A stretch of DNA of 32,000 bases. It comes from an uncultured Clostridia bacterium. GTDB taxonomy: Bacteria; Bacillota; Clostridia; TANB77; CAG-508. Numbering within the stretch: the stretch's first letter is position 1; each line of letters begins with the position of its first letter. A program made the translations under genes and the position numbers. The notes below the pieces were generated by a model, which was not told where the DNA came from, did no database searches, and worked only from the letters and a program-made list of their open reading frames with translations. The DNA lies in NCBI GenBank assembly GCA_963931155.1, contig OZ006978.1:815469-847468 (forward strand), written 5' to 3'. This document shows positions 1 through 9,755 of the stretch, piece by piece.

Positions 1-3000
1 CAGCTTATTTGTTAATAGATCCTGCTCTCCCTGAAGAAAGAATACAATATATGCTTTCTAATGCGAAATCTAATTTATTAATTACCACTTCGACTATGAA
101 TATTGACTTCACTAATAAATTATTTATAGATAAATTCAATTTTAATTATAAAGAAAAAGAAGTTTGTATTAATGTTGATAATGAATCACTTTTTTGTGTT
201 ATTTACACTTCTGGTTCTACCGGTTTACCTAAAGGTGTAGCCTTAAAAAGAAGTGGAGTTATAAATATGCTAAATAGTTATAAAAAGCTTTTATACACAG
301 ACACATGTCAAAACTTTTTAAGTACAAGTACTGTTGCTTTTGATATGTTTATTGTGGAAAACTTTGTTTCTATTTTATCTGGCAAAACTGTTATTTTAGC
401 AAATGAAGACGAGCAAAAAGTACCTATATTTACTAGTAAGCTTATTGAAAATTATGATGTAGATTTTATATTAAGTACACCTTCTAAACTAGATTTATTA
501 TTATCTGATAGCCAAACAGCTAAATGTTTAGAAAATGTTAAAGTAATTCAATTAGGAGGAGAAGTTTTTAAACCATCATTATATACTAAACTTTCTACAT
601 ATACCAAAGCTAAAATTTTTAACGGCTATGGTCCTTCTGAGTGCACAGCATGTACTACAAACACACAAATAACTAGCGATATTAATATTACTATAGGTAA
701 ACCTTTTCTAAATACAAGAGTTTATATATTAAATGATGATTTAAATATTCTTCCTATAGGATATAATGGCGAAATGTATATTGCAGGGAAAAGCGTTGGA
801 AAAGGCTATATAAATAATGAAGAATTAACTAAAAAAAGCTTTATTAATGATATATTTTCTGGTGGAATAATGTATAAAACTGGCGATTTAGCTAGATACG
901 AAAGTTCTGGAAATTTAGTATATTTAGGTAGAAGAGATTCTCAAATCAAATTACATGGACTTAGAATAGAATTAGAAGAAATAACCAATAAAATTTTAAA
1001 AATTAATAATATAACAAATGCAGTTTCTATTATAAAACAAGTAAACAATATTGATTGTATTTGTTCATATGTTGTTACATCTTCTGATGTCTCTAAAGAA
1101 ACAATACTTGAAGTATTAAAAAAGGAATTGCCTTACTACATGGTTCCATCACATATTGTGTTTTTATCGGAATTACCTATAACTATAAATGGCAAAATTA
1201 ATTTAAGAGCATTGCCTGAGATTGATATTAAGGAGACAAAGTATATTGCTCCAGTTAGCAATACCGAAAAAATCTTAGAAAAAATATGGAAAGAACTTTT
1301 AAATATAGAGAAAGTCAGCATTAATTCTAGTTTCTTTGATTTAGGAGGAGATTCTTTGTGCTCTATAAAATTAGTTTCTGAAGTTTACACAAATTTCAAA
1401 ACTAAAATCAATATCAAGGACATATTTAATTATCCAACTATACGCGAGTTAGGAAAATACATTGATTCTAATATAGCTAATGTTTCTAATGAGGAAATCA
1501 TTAATAAGGCTCCTGTAAGTAGTTCATATCCTCTTAGCTCTGCTCAAAAAAGGATTTATGTTACAGTTAATATGGAGCCTAACAACACTAGTTACAATAC
1601 TCCTGGAGCTATTGTTTTTGATAAATGTCCAGATGTAGAAAAATTAAAAGAAGTTATAAACACTCTTTTGAATAAGCATTGTTCTTTTAAAACATTTTTC
1701 ACTTTGGAAAACTCTGATGTAGTTCAAAAGGTTGTGGATAAAGTTGATTTTCATTTAGATGTAATAAAAAATGAAAAAAAGGATTTTGAAAAACTTCTTG
1801 AGGAATTTGTTAAACCTTTTGATTTATCCACACCTCCTTTATTCAGAGGTAAATTATACATATTTGATGACAATTCATCTGCACTACTAGTTGATATGCA
1901 TCATATTATTTGTGATGGTCATTCTGTTAGTATTTTTATTAATGAATTTTGTAAATTATATAATAACTCACAAATTGAAGACAATACTAACTTAGATTAT
2001 ATCGATTATGCTGTATGGGAAAATAATAATATAAAATCTGAAAAATATAGTTTAGATAAAAAATATTGGGTTAATCAATTTAAGGATGAATTACCTACTT
2101 TAAATATGCCTACCACATATTCAAGACCGGGTATACAATCATTTGAGGGTAGTAAAATAAATAAAACTGTTTCTATAAATAATAAAATAGAAGAATTTTG
2201 CAAAAAAAGCAATGTAACACCATTTATGTTTTTATTATCTGCTTATTACATTTTACTATATAAATACACAAATCAGAATGATATCATTGTTGGAAGTCCT
2301 ATAATTGGCAGAAAAAATAAATCTTTATATAACATAATTGGAATGTTTGTAAATACTTTAGCATTAAGAGCTAAAATAGATTCAAAATCTTCGTTTGAAG
2401 ACTTTTTAAGAATTATATCTTTAAATTGCTTTAATGCATTTGACCATCAAACATATCCTTTTGATGAACTAGTAAAATCTTTAGATATTCCTAGGGATGT
2501 TAGTAGAAATCCACTTTTTGATACAATGCTTACATATCAAAATAATGAAAACGTGGAAATCAATTTGGATGGTGTAAAATCAAGTCACATGGCTTATGAT
2601 AATCATACTTCGAAATTCGACTTTTCTATTGAACTTATACCAAATGATAATGATTTAAACATTACATTGGAATATTGTACTAAATTATTTAGCAAAGAAT
2701 TTATGGAAGTTTTTCTAGAACATTATGTTAATATTCTAGATATTGTTATGTATAATCCTAAGATTTTAATTTCTGAAATTTTAATGCTAACAGAAAAAGA
2801 AAAAAAGACTATTCTTATCGATTTTAATAATAATACACTAAAATATCCTTCTAATAAATCAATAATAGAATTATTTATGGAAAAGGTTTCCGAGTATCCT
2901 GAGAATATTGCTCTAATATTTAAAGATAAACACTTAACTTATAAAGAACTAAATGAAAAATCAGACAAATTAGCAGGATATCTACAATCATTAGGTGTTA

Positions 3001-5816
3001 AAAAAGGTGATATTGTTCCAACTTTACTAAATAGGTCTATAGATCTTATTGTATCCATTCTAGCCATATTAAAATGTGGTGCTATATACTTACCTATTTC
3101 AATACTCCTTCCTAATGAAAGAATAGACTATATACTTAATTCTAGTAATGCAAAGTTAATTATTACTAGTAAACCAATTAATAAAAAGGATTTTCAGAAA
3201 ATTAATATTATTAATATAGAGGATATTCAACTCGACATTAATGTGAACGTACTTGATATTATAAAAACTGATCCAGATGATGTTATTTATACTATTTATA
3301 CATCTGGCTCAACAGGAAATCCTAAAGGTGTACAGGTTACAAATAAAAATTTAAATAATTTTATACATTCATTTAATAATTTGTATAAAAACAAAGTAAA
3401 TTATAAAGACATATGTTTATCATCTACTAATATTTCATTTGACGTAAGTATTTGGGAATTTTTCTTTACTTTACTAAATGGTGCTACTTTATATTTATAT
3501 CCACATGAAAATATAGATGATTTAATAGATTACTGTAAAACTATGATAGAAAATAAAATTACAATGGCATATATTCCACCAAATATATTACAAGAAGTAT
3601 ATTCGATTATACAAAACGAAAAGCTAGCATTAACTAAAATATTAATAGGTGTAGAGCCTATAAAAAATGAAGTTATGCAACAATATTTTAAATTAAATCC
3701 ACAAATGCAAATTATTAATGGATATGGTCCTACAGAAACAACTATATGCTGTACAGCTTTTGAGGTTGAAAAAGATAATGATGAATACTCAACTATTCCT
3801 ATTGGAAAACCTTTACACAATTTATCTGCATATGTTTTAGATGCAGATTTGCAACCTACTCCTATAGGAGTGTATGGAACTTTGTATATAGTTGGTGATA
3901 ATGTAAGCAAAGGATATCTTAATAGCTCAGATTTAACTAAAAAAAGCTATATGCCTTGTATTTTTAATAAATCAAAAATTATGTATAATACTGGTGATAT
4001 TGTTAAATGGCTTCCAAATGGAAATTTAATTTTTAGTGGTAGAAATGATGATCAATTAAAAATTAAAGGACATAGAATAGAAATAAATGAAATAATAAAT
4101 GCCGTATTGCAATATCCTACAATAAATAAATGTCAAGTTATTGTAAAAGAGCATAATAATAACAAATACCTTGTTGCATTTTTTACGGCAAACAAAAAAA
4201 TTATAACAAATGATTTACGAATGTTTTTAGGTTTAAAACTTCCGTTTTATAATATTCCTAATATAATGATTCAATTAGACCAATTTAAGCTAACTGCCAA
4301 TGGAAAAATTGATTTTAAATATTTAAAGAATTACACAATTACATTTGGTACTAAATATGAAGCACCAAGAAATGACTTAGAGAAACATTTAGTCAGTTTA
4401 TGGAAACAGTATTTAGGAATAGAAAAAATAGGAATCACAGATAATTTCTTTGAATTAGGTGGAGATTCACTAATAGCAATTGAACTACAAATTGAAATAT
4501 TTAAACTAGGGTATAACATATCTTATTCTGATATTTTTACTCATCCTACTATTAAAGAATTATCAGCTAAAGCCAATACTAAAGAAACTGAAAAATTAGC
4601 TTTAGATAAATATAATTATTCAACAATTAATAAAAAGATTAGCAAAAATGCTCTTCCTATTTCAACTTCTGAAATACATGAAGCTAAATCTGGAAACATC
4701 TTACTTACAGGCGTTACAGGATTTGTTGGAATACACATTTTAGACAAGCTAATTACAGATACTAATTCTACAATTTATTGTTTAATTAGAAAGAAAAATA
4801 ATATGGATATATTGAAAAGACTTGTTCAAACTTTACACTTCTACTTTGGAAACAAATATGATAATGAAATTGATAAAAGAATTAAGGTTATTGAGGGCAA
4901 TATTGCTGAAGATAGATTTAGTCTTTCTTTAAATCAATATAATGAACTCGGAAAAAATATATCTTATGTTATAAATTCTGCTGCCATAGTAAAACATTAT
5001 GGAAACCAAAATTTGTTTGACCAAACAAATATAAAAGGTGTGCAAAATATTATTGATTTCTGTAAAGACTTTAAAGTAAAATTATATCATATTTCAACAC
5101 TTAGTGTTTCTGGAAATGTATTTGCAGAAGACAGCTATACTACTACAGATTTGGAACATAAAACTGTGTTTAAAGAAAATAATTTATTTGTAAAACAAAA
5201 CTTATCTAATATATACATACATACTAAATTTGTTGCAGAAAGATTGATATTGGAAAATATTAATAATGATTTTAAAGCAACTATTATAAGACTTGGAAAC
5301 ATTACAAGTAGATATTCTGATGGAAAATTCCAAATTAATGTTTCTGAAAATGCTTTTGTAAATAGATTAGTTTCATTTATGAAATTACAAAGCATACCAG
5401 ATTATTTAAGTGAAGGATATCTTGAATTTACTCCGGTAGACATATGTGCAGAAGCTATTGTAAAAATTATGGGACACAATTTTCCTTATACAATTTTTCA
5501 TTTGTATAACAATAATCATGTAGTTATGAATAAAATGATATCATATTTAAAAGATTATGGTATTAATATTAATATAGTAAATAACGAAAAATTTATAGAT
5601 CTAGTAAATGCTTCATTAAAAAATGATAAATCTATGCTATCTGGTATTATTAATGATTTTGATTCAAACAAAAAATTAATATACGAATCAAATATTGAAT
5701 TAAATAATGAATTCACTAATGAATTTTTAAAAAAAATAGGATTTGTATGGCCAGAAATTAATGAAGATTATATCTTTAAATATTTCGACTATCTAAAAAA
5801 TATTAATTATATTTAA
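1..5816 (+). CDS. Non-ribosomal peptide synthetase, 5'-truncated by the window edge; visible architecture (A)-T-C-A-T-R with a terminal thioester reductase
   Basis: The frame is open to the left edge. Codons GCT TAT before the TTG used by the ORF track give AYLLIDP, an internal adenylation motif. A1 motifs: YTSGSTGLPKG (aa 66-76), NGYGPSE, YKTGDLA, GRRDSQIKLHGLRIELEEI, NGKINLRAL. Carrier 1: FFDLGGDSL (Ser449, nt ~1353). Condensation: MHHIICDGHS (nt 1896-1925). A2 motifs: YTSGSTGNPKG (aa 1097-1107), NGYGPTETT, YNTGDIV, GRNDDQLKIKGHRIEINEI, NGKIDFKYL. Carrier 2: FFELGGDSL (Ser1487, nt ~4467). Reductase: LLTGVTGFVG Rossmann motif and YIHTK (YxxxK). Approximate domain spans: A1 <1-1223, T1 1251-1457, C 1515-2783, A2 2841-4328, T2 4362-4568, R 4695-5813. 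Stop TAA at 5814-5816. Confidence 0.93.
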   Translation, partial: AYLLIDPALPEERIQYMLSNAKSNLLITTSTMNIDFTNKLFIDKFNFNYKEKEVCINVDNESLFCVIYTSGSTGLPKGVALKRSGVINMLNSYKKLLYTDTCQNFLSTSTVAFDMFIVENFVSILSGKTVILANEDEQKVPIFTSKLIENYDVDFILSTPSKLDLLLSDSQTAKCLENVKVIQLGGEVFKPSLYTKLSTYTKAKIFNGYGPSECTACTTNTQITSDINITIGKPFLNTRVYILNDDLNILPIGYNGEMYIAGKSVGKGYINNEELTKKSFINDIFSGGIMYKTGDLARYESSGNLVYLGRRDSQIKLHGLRIELEEITNKILKINNITNAVSIIKQVNNIDCICSYVVTSSDVSKETILEVLKKELPYYMVPSHIVFLSELPITINGKINLRALPEIDIKETKYIAPVSNTEKILEKIWKELLNIEKVSINSSFFDLGGDSLCSIKLVSEVYTNFKTKINIKDIFNYPTIRELGKYIDSNIANVSNEEIINKAPVSSSYPLSSAQKRIYVTVNMEPNNTSYNTPGAIVFDKCPDVEKLKEVINTLLNKHCSFKTFFTLENSDVVQKVVDKVDFHLDVIKNEKKDFEKLLEEFVKPFDLSTPPLFRGKLYIFDDNSSALLVDMHHIICDGHSVSIFINEFCKLYNNSQIEDNTNLDYIDYAVWENNNIKSEKYSLDKKYWVNQFKDELPTLNMPTTYSRPGIQSFEGSKINKTVSINNKIEEFCKKSNVTPFMFLLSAYYILLYKYTNQNDIIVGSPIIGRKNKSLYNIIGMFVNTLALRAKIDSKSSFEDFLRIISLNCFNAFDHQTYPFDELVKSLDIPRDVSRNPLFDTMLTYQNNENVEINLDGVKSSHMAYDNHTSKFDFSIELIPNDNDLNITLEYCTKLFSKEFMEVFLEHYVNILDIVMYNPKILISEILMLTEKEKKTILIDFNNNTLKYPSNKSIIELFMEKVSEYPENIALIFKDKHLTYKELNEKSDKLAGYLQSLGVKKGDIVPTLLNRSIDLIVSILAILKCGAIYLPISILLPNERIDYILNSSNAKLIITSKPINKKDFQKINIINIEDIQLDINVNVLDIIKTDPDDVIYTIYTSGSTGNPKGVQVTNKNLNNFIHSFNNLYKNKVNYKDICLSSTNISFDVSIWEFFFTLLNGATLYLYPHENIDDLIDYCKTMIENKITMAYIPPNILQEVYSIIQNEKLALTKILIGVEPIKNEVMQQYFKLNPQMQIINGYGPTETTICCTAFEVEKDNDEYSTIPIGKPLHNLSAYVLDADLQPTPIGVYGTLYIVGDNVSKGYLNSSDLTKKSYMPCIFNKSKIMYNTGDIVKWLPNGNLIFSGRNDDQLKIKGHRIEINEIINAVLQYPTINKCQVIVKEHNNNKYLVAFFTANKKIITNDLRMFLGLKLPFYNIPNIMIQLDQFKLTANGKIDFKYLKNYTITFGTKYEAPRNDLEKHLVSLWKQYLGIEKIGITDNFFELGGDSLIAIELQIEIFKLGYNISYSDIFTHPTIKELSAKANTKETEKLALDKYNYSTINKKISKNALPISTSEIHEAKSGNILLTGVTGFVGIHILDKLITDTNSTIYCLIRKKNNMDILKRLVQTLHFYFGNKYDNEIDKRIKVIEGNIAEDRFSLSLNQYNELGKNISYVINSAAIVKHYGNQNLFDQTNIKGVQNIIDFCKDFKVKLYHISTLSVSGNVFAEDSYTTTDLEHKTVFKENNLFVKQNLSNIYIHTKFVAERLILENINNDFKATIIRLGNITSRYSDGKFQINVSENAFVNRLVSFMKLQSIPDYLSEGYLEFTPVDICAEAIVKIMGHNFPYTIFHLYNNNHVVMNKMISYLKDYGININIVNNEKFIDLVNASLKNDKSMLSGIINDFDSNKKLIYESNIELNNEFTNEFLKKIGFVWPEINEDYIFKYFDYLKNINYI

Positions 5817-5831
5817 TGAAAGGAGTTTATT

Positions 5832-7640
5832 ATGTCATCTTCAACTTTTTATACTGCGGCACTATCAATTTGTAGTATTTTTCTTGGCATTATATTAGCA
5901 ATAATTTTAACATCTAGACAAAAGAAATCTGTTAATGTTACCTTTTCTTTTGTAATTATATGTTTAATAATATGTTGTATAGGACAACTATTTTCGCTTA
6001 TTTTTGCAGACAAATGGCATATAGCACCTGTTTATTTTGATTACTTTGTTTATATAGGTACTTGTTTTTTGCCTGTTGCGTTTTTATTGTTTAGTATTGC
6101 TTTTTCAAAAACAAGGTTCAAGTTTAAAAAACAATATCTATTATTATTTATAGTTCCAATTATTTCTTTATTAGTAATATGGACAAATGATATACATCAC
6201 TGGTTTTATGTTACTTATAGTGTATATACTGCTGGCACAACTTTTGGTTTTTATTTTTACATACATTCGTTTTATTCGTATTTATTACTATTTGTAGCTT
6301 TAATATATTTAATAAGATATACAATTAAGAATGCCGGATTCTTTTCTAAACAGTCATTATTAATTATATTAGGTTCTTTAATACCTATATGCATAAATTT
6401 TGTAGGTTTCTTAGGTGTTCCTATGACAATATATTTAACACCTATATCATTTACAGTTTCAATACTGTTCTTTACATTAGCTATATTAAAATTTAAATTT
6501 CTATCTCTTACACCTATAGCTCTTCAAGCAATTGTAGATAGAATTTCTGATGGATATATAGTAGTAGATGAGGATTTTTATATAATTGATTTTAATAAAA
6601 CATTTATAAATTTATCTAATTTTAATAGTAATAAATTAAGAAATACTAATTTTTTTAATAAGGAAACAAAAAAAAGAATTTCAAAAAATGACTTAACTAT
6701 TATAAAAGATTTGATTATAAAATCTAGAAATGAAGTTAAAACTCACTCCTTACAAATAAAATTGTTAGGACTAGATAGATATTTTATCATAGAAATTACT
6801 AGCATTTTTTCAGACAATTATTTACTTGGCACTTTAATTTTATTTAAAGATATAACTCAACATATACACGATTTGGAGCAAATACAAAATAACCAAAACC
6901 TTTTAATGCAAAGAGAACGTCTAGCTTCTCTTGGTCAATTAATTGGAGGTATAGCTCATAACTTAAAGACACCAATAATGTCAATTTCAGGTGCTGCCGA
7001 AGGTTTAACAGATTTAATAAAAGAATATGATACATCTATTGGAGATAATGAAGTAACTAATGAAGACCACCATGCAATTGCAAAAGATATGTCTGATTGG
7101 GTAGAAAAAATCAAATCTTATACAGAATATATGTCAGATGTTATTACTGCTGTTAAAGGGCAAGCTGTTACCTTATCAGAAAATGATAATATTTCTTTCG
7201 ATATGGATGAACTTGTTAAACGTATAGATATACTAATGAAACATGAATTAAAGAACGCTTTAGTTCAACTGAATGTTCAAATGAAAATAGATGAGCATAC
7301 AACATTACATGGTGATATAACGAGTTTAGTTCAAGTTATTAATAATATGATATCAAATAGTATTCAAGCATATAATGGAAAGCCTAATAAATCAATAGAT
7401 TTAATAATAGATAAAAAAGATAATAACATTCTAATTGTGGTTAAAGATTATGGCTCTGGACTTCCTAAAGAAGTACAAGATAAGTTATTTAAAGAAATGA
7501 TTACTACAAAAGGTAAAAATGGTACTGGTCTTGGTTTATTTATGTCATATTCTACAATAAAAGCTCATTTTAATGGAGATATTACTTTTAGTACATCTTC
7601 AAAAGGAACAACTTTTAATATAACAATACCTATGAATTAA
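5832..7640 (+). CDS. Sensor histidine kinase with an N-terminal multi-pass (7TM-type) membrane domain, a PAS-like region and a HisKA/HATPase_c core
   Basis: ATG at 5832 lies 6 nt after AAAGGAG and only 15 nt after the NRPS stop. About 220 aa of repeated hydrophobic segments come first. H-box: RERLASLGQLIGGIAHNLKTPI (His376). N-box: NNMISNSIQA. G1: DYGSGLP. G2: GKNGTGLGLFMS. Confidence 0.88.
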   Translation: MSSSTFYTAALSICSIFLGIILAIILTSRQKKSVNVTFSFVIICLIICCIGQLFSLIFADKWHIAPVYFDYFVYIGTCFLPVAFLLFSIAFSKTRFKFKKQYLLLFIVPIISLLVIWTNDIHHWFYVTYSVYTAGTTFGFYFYIHSFYSYLLLFVALIYLIRYTIKNAGFFSKQSLLIILGSLIPICINFVGFLGVPMTIYLTPISFTVSILFFTLAILKFKFLSLTPIALQAIVDRISDGYIVVDEDFYIIDFNKTFINLSNFNSNKLRNTNFFNKETKKRISKNDLTIIKDLIIKSRNEVKTHSLQIKLLGLDRYFIIEITSIFSDNYLLGTLILFKDITQHIHDLEQIQNNQNLLMQRERLASLGQLIGGIAHNLKTPIMSISGAAEGLTDLIKEYDTSIGDNEVTNEDHHAIAKDMSDWVEKIKSYTEYMSDVITAVKGQAVTLSENDNISFDMDELVKRIDILMKHELKNALVQLNVQMKIDEHTTLHGDITSLVQVINNMISNSIQAYNGKPNKSIDLIIDKKDNNILIVVKDYGSGLPKEVQDKLFKEMITTKGKNGTGLGLFMSYSTIKAHFNGDITFSTSSKGTTFNITIPMN

Positions 7641-7664
7641 ATTTCATAGGTGTTGTTTTTTTTT
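7629..7664 (+). terminator. Rho-independent terminator overlapping the kinase stop codon
   Basis: Stem CCTATGAA (7629-7636), loop TTAAAT, stem TTCATAGG (7643-7650), then TGTTG and a run of nine T. Confidence 0.75.
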
Positions 7665-7725
7665 CTTGATTTTTCGGCAAATTTAGTTAAATTTAACCAT
7701 TTTTCGAATTTTTATAGGTTTTATC

Positions 7726-7754
7726 TTGATTTTTTTTATAAGTATGAATATAAT
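7726..7754 (+). promoter_or_regulatory. Sigma-A-type promoter for the HD-GYP response regulator gene
   Basis: TTGATT (7726-7731), 17-nt spacer, TATAAT (7749-7754), about 28 nt upstream of the ATG at 7782. Confidence 0.55.
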
Positions 7755-7781
7755 TATTCTATAAGAAGAGGTGAAACATTT

Positions 7782-8843
7782 ATGAGAAAAAATGAACATG
7801 CTACTCCTTTAAATGGATATAAAATAATAGCAGTAGATGATGAAGAAGGAATAGTAGATTCTTTATCAATATTTTTAAAAAGATCTGGCTATTCTTTTAC
7901 GGGTGTAACTGATCCAATGGAAGCTATTGAAAGAGTCAAGCAAGAACATTTTGATTTGATGATACTAGATTTCATAATGGAACCTATTCATGGAGATAAA
8001 GTTGTAGAAGAAATACGTAAGTTTAATAAAGAATTATATATTTTGTTATTAACTGGTCATAAAGATTTAGCTCCACCTCTTGAAACTATTAGAAAATTAG
8101 ATATTCAAGGTTATTGTGAAAAAAGCGATAAATTCGATCAACTTTTACTTTTAATTGAATCTGGTATTAAATCAATCGCTCAAATGAACGAAATTAAACG
8201 AATTAATATTGAGCTTGCTAACACTTATGATAAATTAGAGAAAGCATATTTAGACAGTATTCAAACTTTAAGGTATACAGTTGAAGCAAAAGATCCATAT
8301 ACTAGAGGTCATTCTGATAGAGTTTCTGAATATTCAGTTTTATTAGGAGAAACATTAGGTTTATCTGATGATGATATTAAAACTTTACGAGTTGGTGGAT
8401 TATTTCACGATATTGGAAAAATCGGTATTCCAGATGCAATTTTATTGAAAGATTCTAAATTAACAGATGATGAATATTCTGAAATAAAAAATCATCCTTC
8501 TATAGGTGCACATATTATGTGTAATGCAGAAGTTTTTAAAGATATAATTCCTATAGTAAAACATCATCATGAAAGATACGATGGTCGTGGTTATCCATCT
8601 CAATTAAAAGGAGAAGATATTCCTTATTTAGCTAGAATTACTGCAGTAGCAGATGCATTTGATGCTATGACTTCTAAAAGAACATATAGAAATTCTTTAC
8701 CTATAGATGTAGTTAAAACTGAGATAGAAAAAAATCTTGGTACACAATTTGATCCTGAAATTGGAAAAGTATTTTTAGATATTTTAAACAAACAATATTC
8801 AAAAATTGAAGAAATACAACAGAAATATGTAAATAATTTATAA
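7782..8843 (+). CDS. Two-component response regulator: receiver domain fused to an HD-GYP domain (predicted c-di-GMP phosphodiesterase)
   Basis: I moved the start to ATG 7782, preceded by AGAGGTG. The track's upstream extension from 7650 is low-complexity with no SD. Receiver: IIAVDDEEG and DLMILD (Asp63). HD-GYP: GHSDRV, GGLFHDIGKIGIP, HHERYDGRGYP. Confidence 0.9.
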   Translation: MRKNEHATPLNGYKIIAVDDEEGIVDSLSIFLKRSGYSFTGVTDPMEAIERVKQEHFDLMILDFIMEPIHGDKVVEEIRKFNKELYILLLTGHKDLAPPLETIRKLDIQGYCEKSDKFDQLLLLIESGIKSIAQMNEIKRINIELANTYDKLEKAYLDSIQTLRYTVEAKDPYTRGHSDRVSEYSVLLGETLGLSDDDIKTLRVGGLFHDIGKIGIPDAILLKDSKLTDDEYSEIKNHPSIGAHIMCNAEVFKDIIPIVKHHHERYDGRGYPSQLKGEDIPYLARITAVADAFDAMTSKRTYRNSLPIDVVKTEIEKNLGTQFDPEIGKVFLDILNKQYSKIEEIQQKYVNNL

Positions 8844-8906
8844 TTTTAACTTTTTTATATAAATCTTAATTTTTTACATTATGATTTTTTCATGTAGTTT
8901 ATTAAT

Positions 8907-8954
8907 AAAGCTAAAACCTATTTAATAATTATGGCTATACTGGGTTTTAGCTTT
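8907..8954 (+). terminator. Possible terminator hairpin after the response regulator gene
   Basis: AAAGCTAAAACC(TA) pairs with (T)GGGTTTTAGCTTT around a roughly 20-nt loop. The T-tail is weak (TTTGATTT). Confidence 0.4.
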
Positions 8955-9021
8955 TGATTTATTGTTATATGATGATGTTAGCGTAATTTTTCGAAAAAAC
9001 AAATTAATATTGGAGGAAATA

Positions 9022-9732
9022 ATGAGTTTTTCTAATATAAAAAAAATAACTTTAGATAATATACATGGACATTGGCATAAACTTGCAATTACAACTTTAT
9101 TATATTTAATATTTTCATTTGTTCCACTTTTTATACCTATTGCTGGTTTTATATTTTTATTTGTTTTTTCAACTCCAATTACATATGGATATATATTATC
9201 TTTAATTAAAATAATAAATAATGAAGAAGTTTCAATTATTGATTTTTTATTAATTGGATTTAAAAGTACTGTTAAAGCTTGGTGTGTTATTGGAAATTTA
9301 TTTGTAAGATTATTTATTCCAATTTTAATTTTATTTGGATTTGCTGTTTTAGTTGCATATAACTCATTTCCAATTTTAGAGGCATTAAAGAACCATACAT
9401 TAACTTTAGATATTGAAATTTCTCCACTTATAAATATTGGTTTTTTAGGGTATATTATTACTTTTATATTTGTATTATATAAATTCTTGTCATATTTCCT
9501 ATGTTATTATTTAATGATTGATTATCCTAATGAAAGCGGTACTTACATTGTTAGTAAAAGTGCTTCATTAATGAAGGGCAATATTTTAAGACTAATAGGA
9601 TTTTTCTTCTCTTTTATAGGATGGTTCATTTTGTCTATATTAACTTTGGGAATTGGATTACTTTTTTTTATTCCGTATTTGTATATATCTATTTATTATT
9701 TTTATAAAAATTTATCTCCAGAAAAATCATAA
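9022..9732 (+). CDS. DUF975-type polytopic membrane protein
   Basis: ATG 9022 lies 5 nt after GGAGG (9012-9016). The N-terminus MSFSNIKKITLDNIHGHWHKLAI followed by multiple TM segments is typical of the DUF975 family. Confidence 0.7.
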   Translation: MSFSNIKKITLDNIHGHWHKLAITTLLYLIFSFVPLFIPIAGFIFLFVFSTPITYGYILSLIKIINNEEVSIIDFLLIGFKSTVKAWCVIGNLFVRLFIPILILFGFAVLVAYNSFPILEALKNHTLTLDIEISPLINIGFLGYIITFIFVLYKFLSYFLCYYLMIDYPNESGTYIVSKSASLMKGNILRLIGFFFSFIGWFILSILTLGIGLLFFIPYLYISIYYFYKNLSPEKS

Positions 9733-9753
9733 TATTTCTGGAGATTTTATTTA
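9714..9753. terminator. Terminator hairpin between the convergent DUF975 and tex genes
   Basis: ATCTCCAGAAA (9714-9724) pairs with TTTCTGGAGAT (9735-9745), followed by TTTTATTT on the plus strand. Confidence 0.7.
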
Positions 9754-9755
9754 TT

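Noticed and set aside
1733-1741. Perfect DnaA box (TGTGGATAA, reverse complement TTATCCACA)
   Set aside because: It is a single copy inside the NRPS coding sequence. I saw no cluster of boxes in any intergenic region, including near gyrA, so there is no evidence for oriC here.
7650-7781. Upstream extensions of track ORFs: 7650 for the response regulator, 8962 for DUF975, 11951 for tex, 15475 for corA and 24134 for the VirB3-like gene
   Set aside because: In each case an internal ATG has a properly spaced GGAGG-type SD. The extension is either low-complexity or contains the SD itself.
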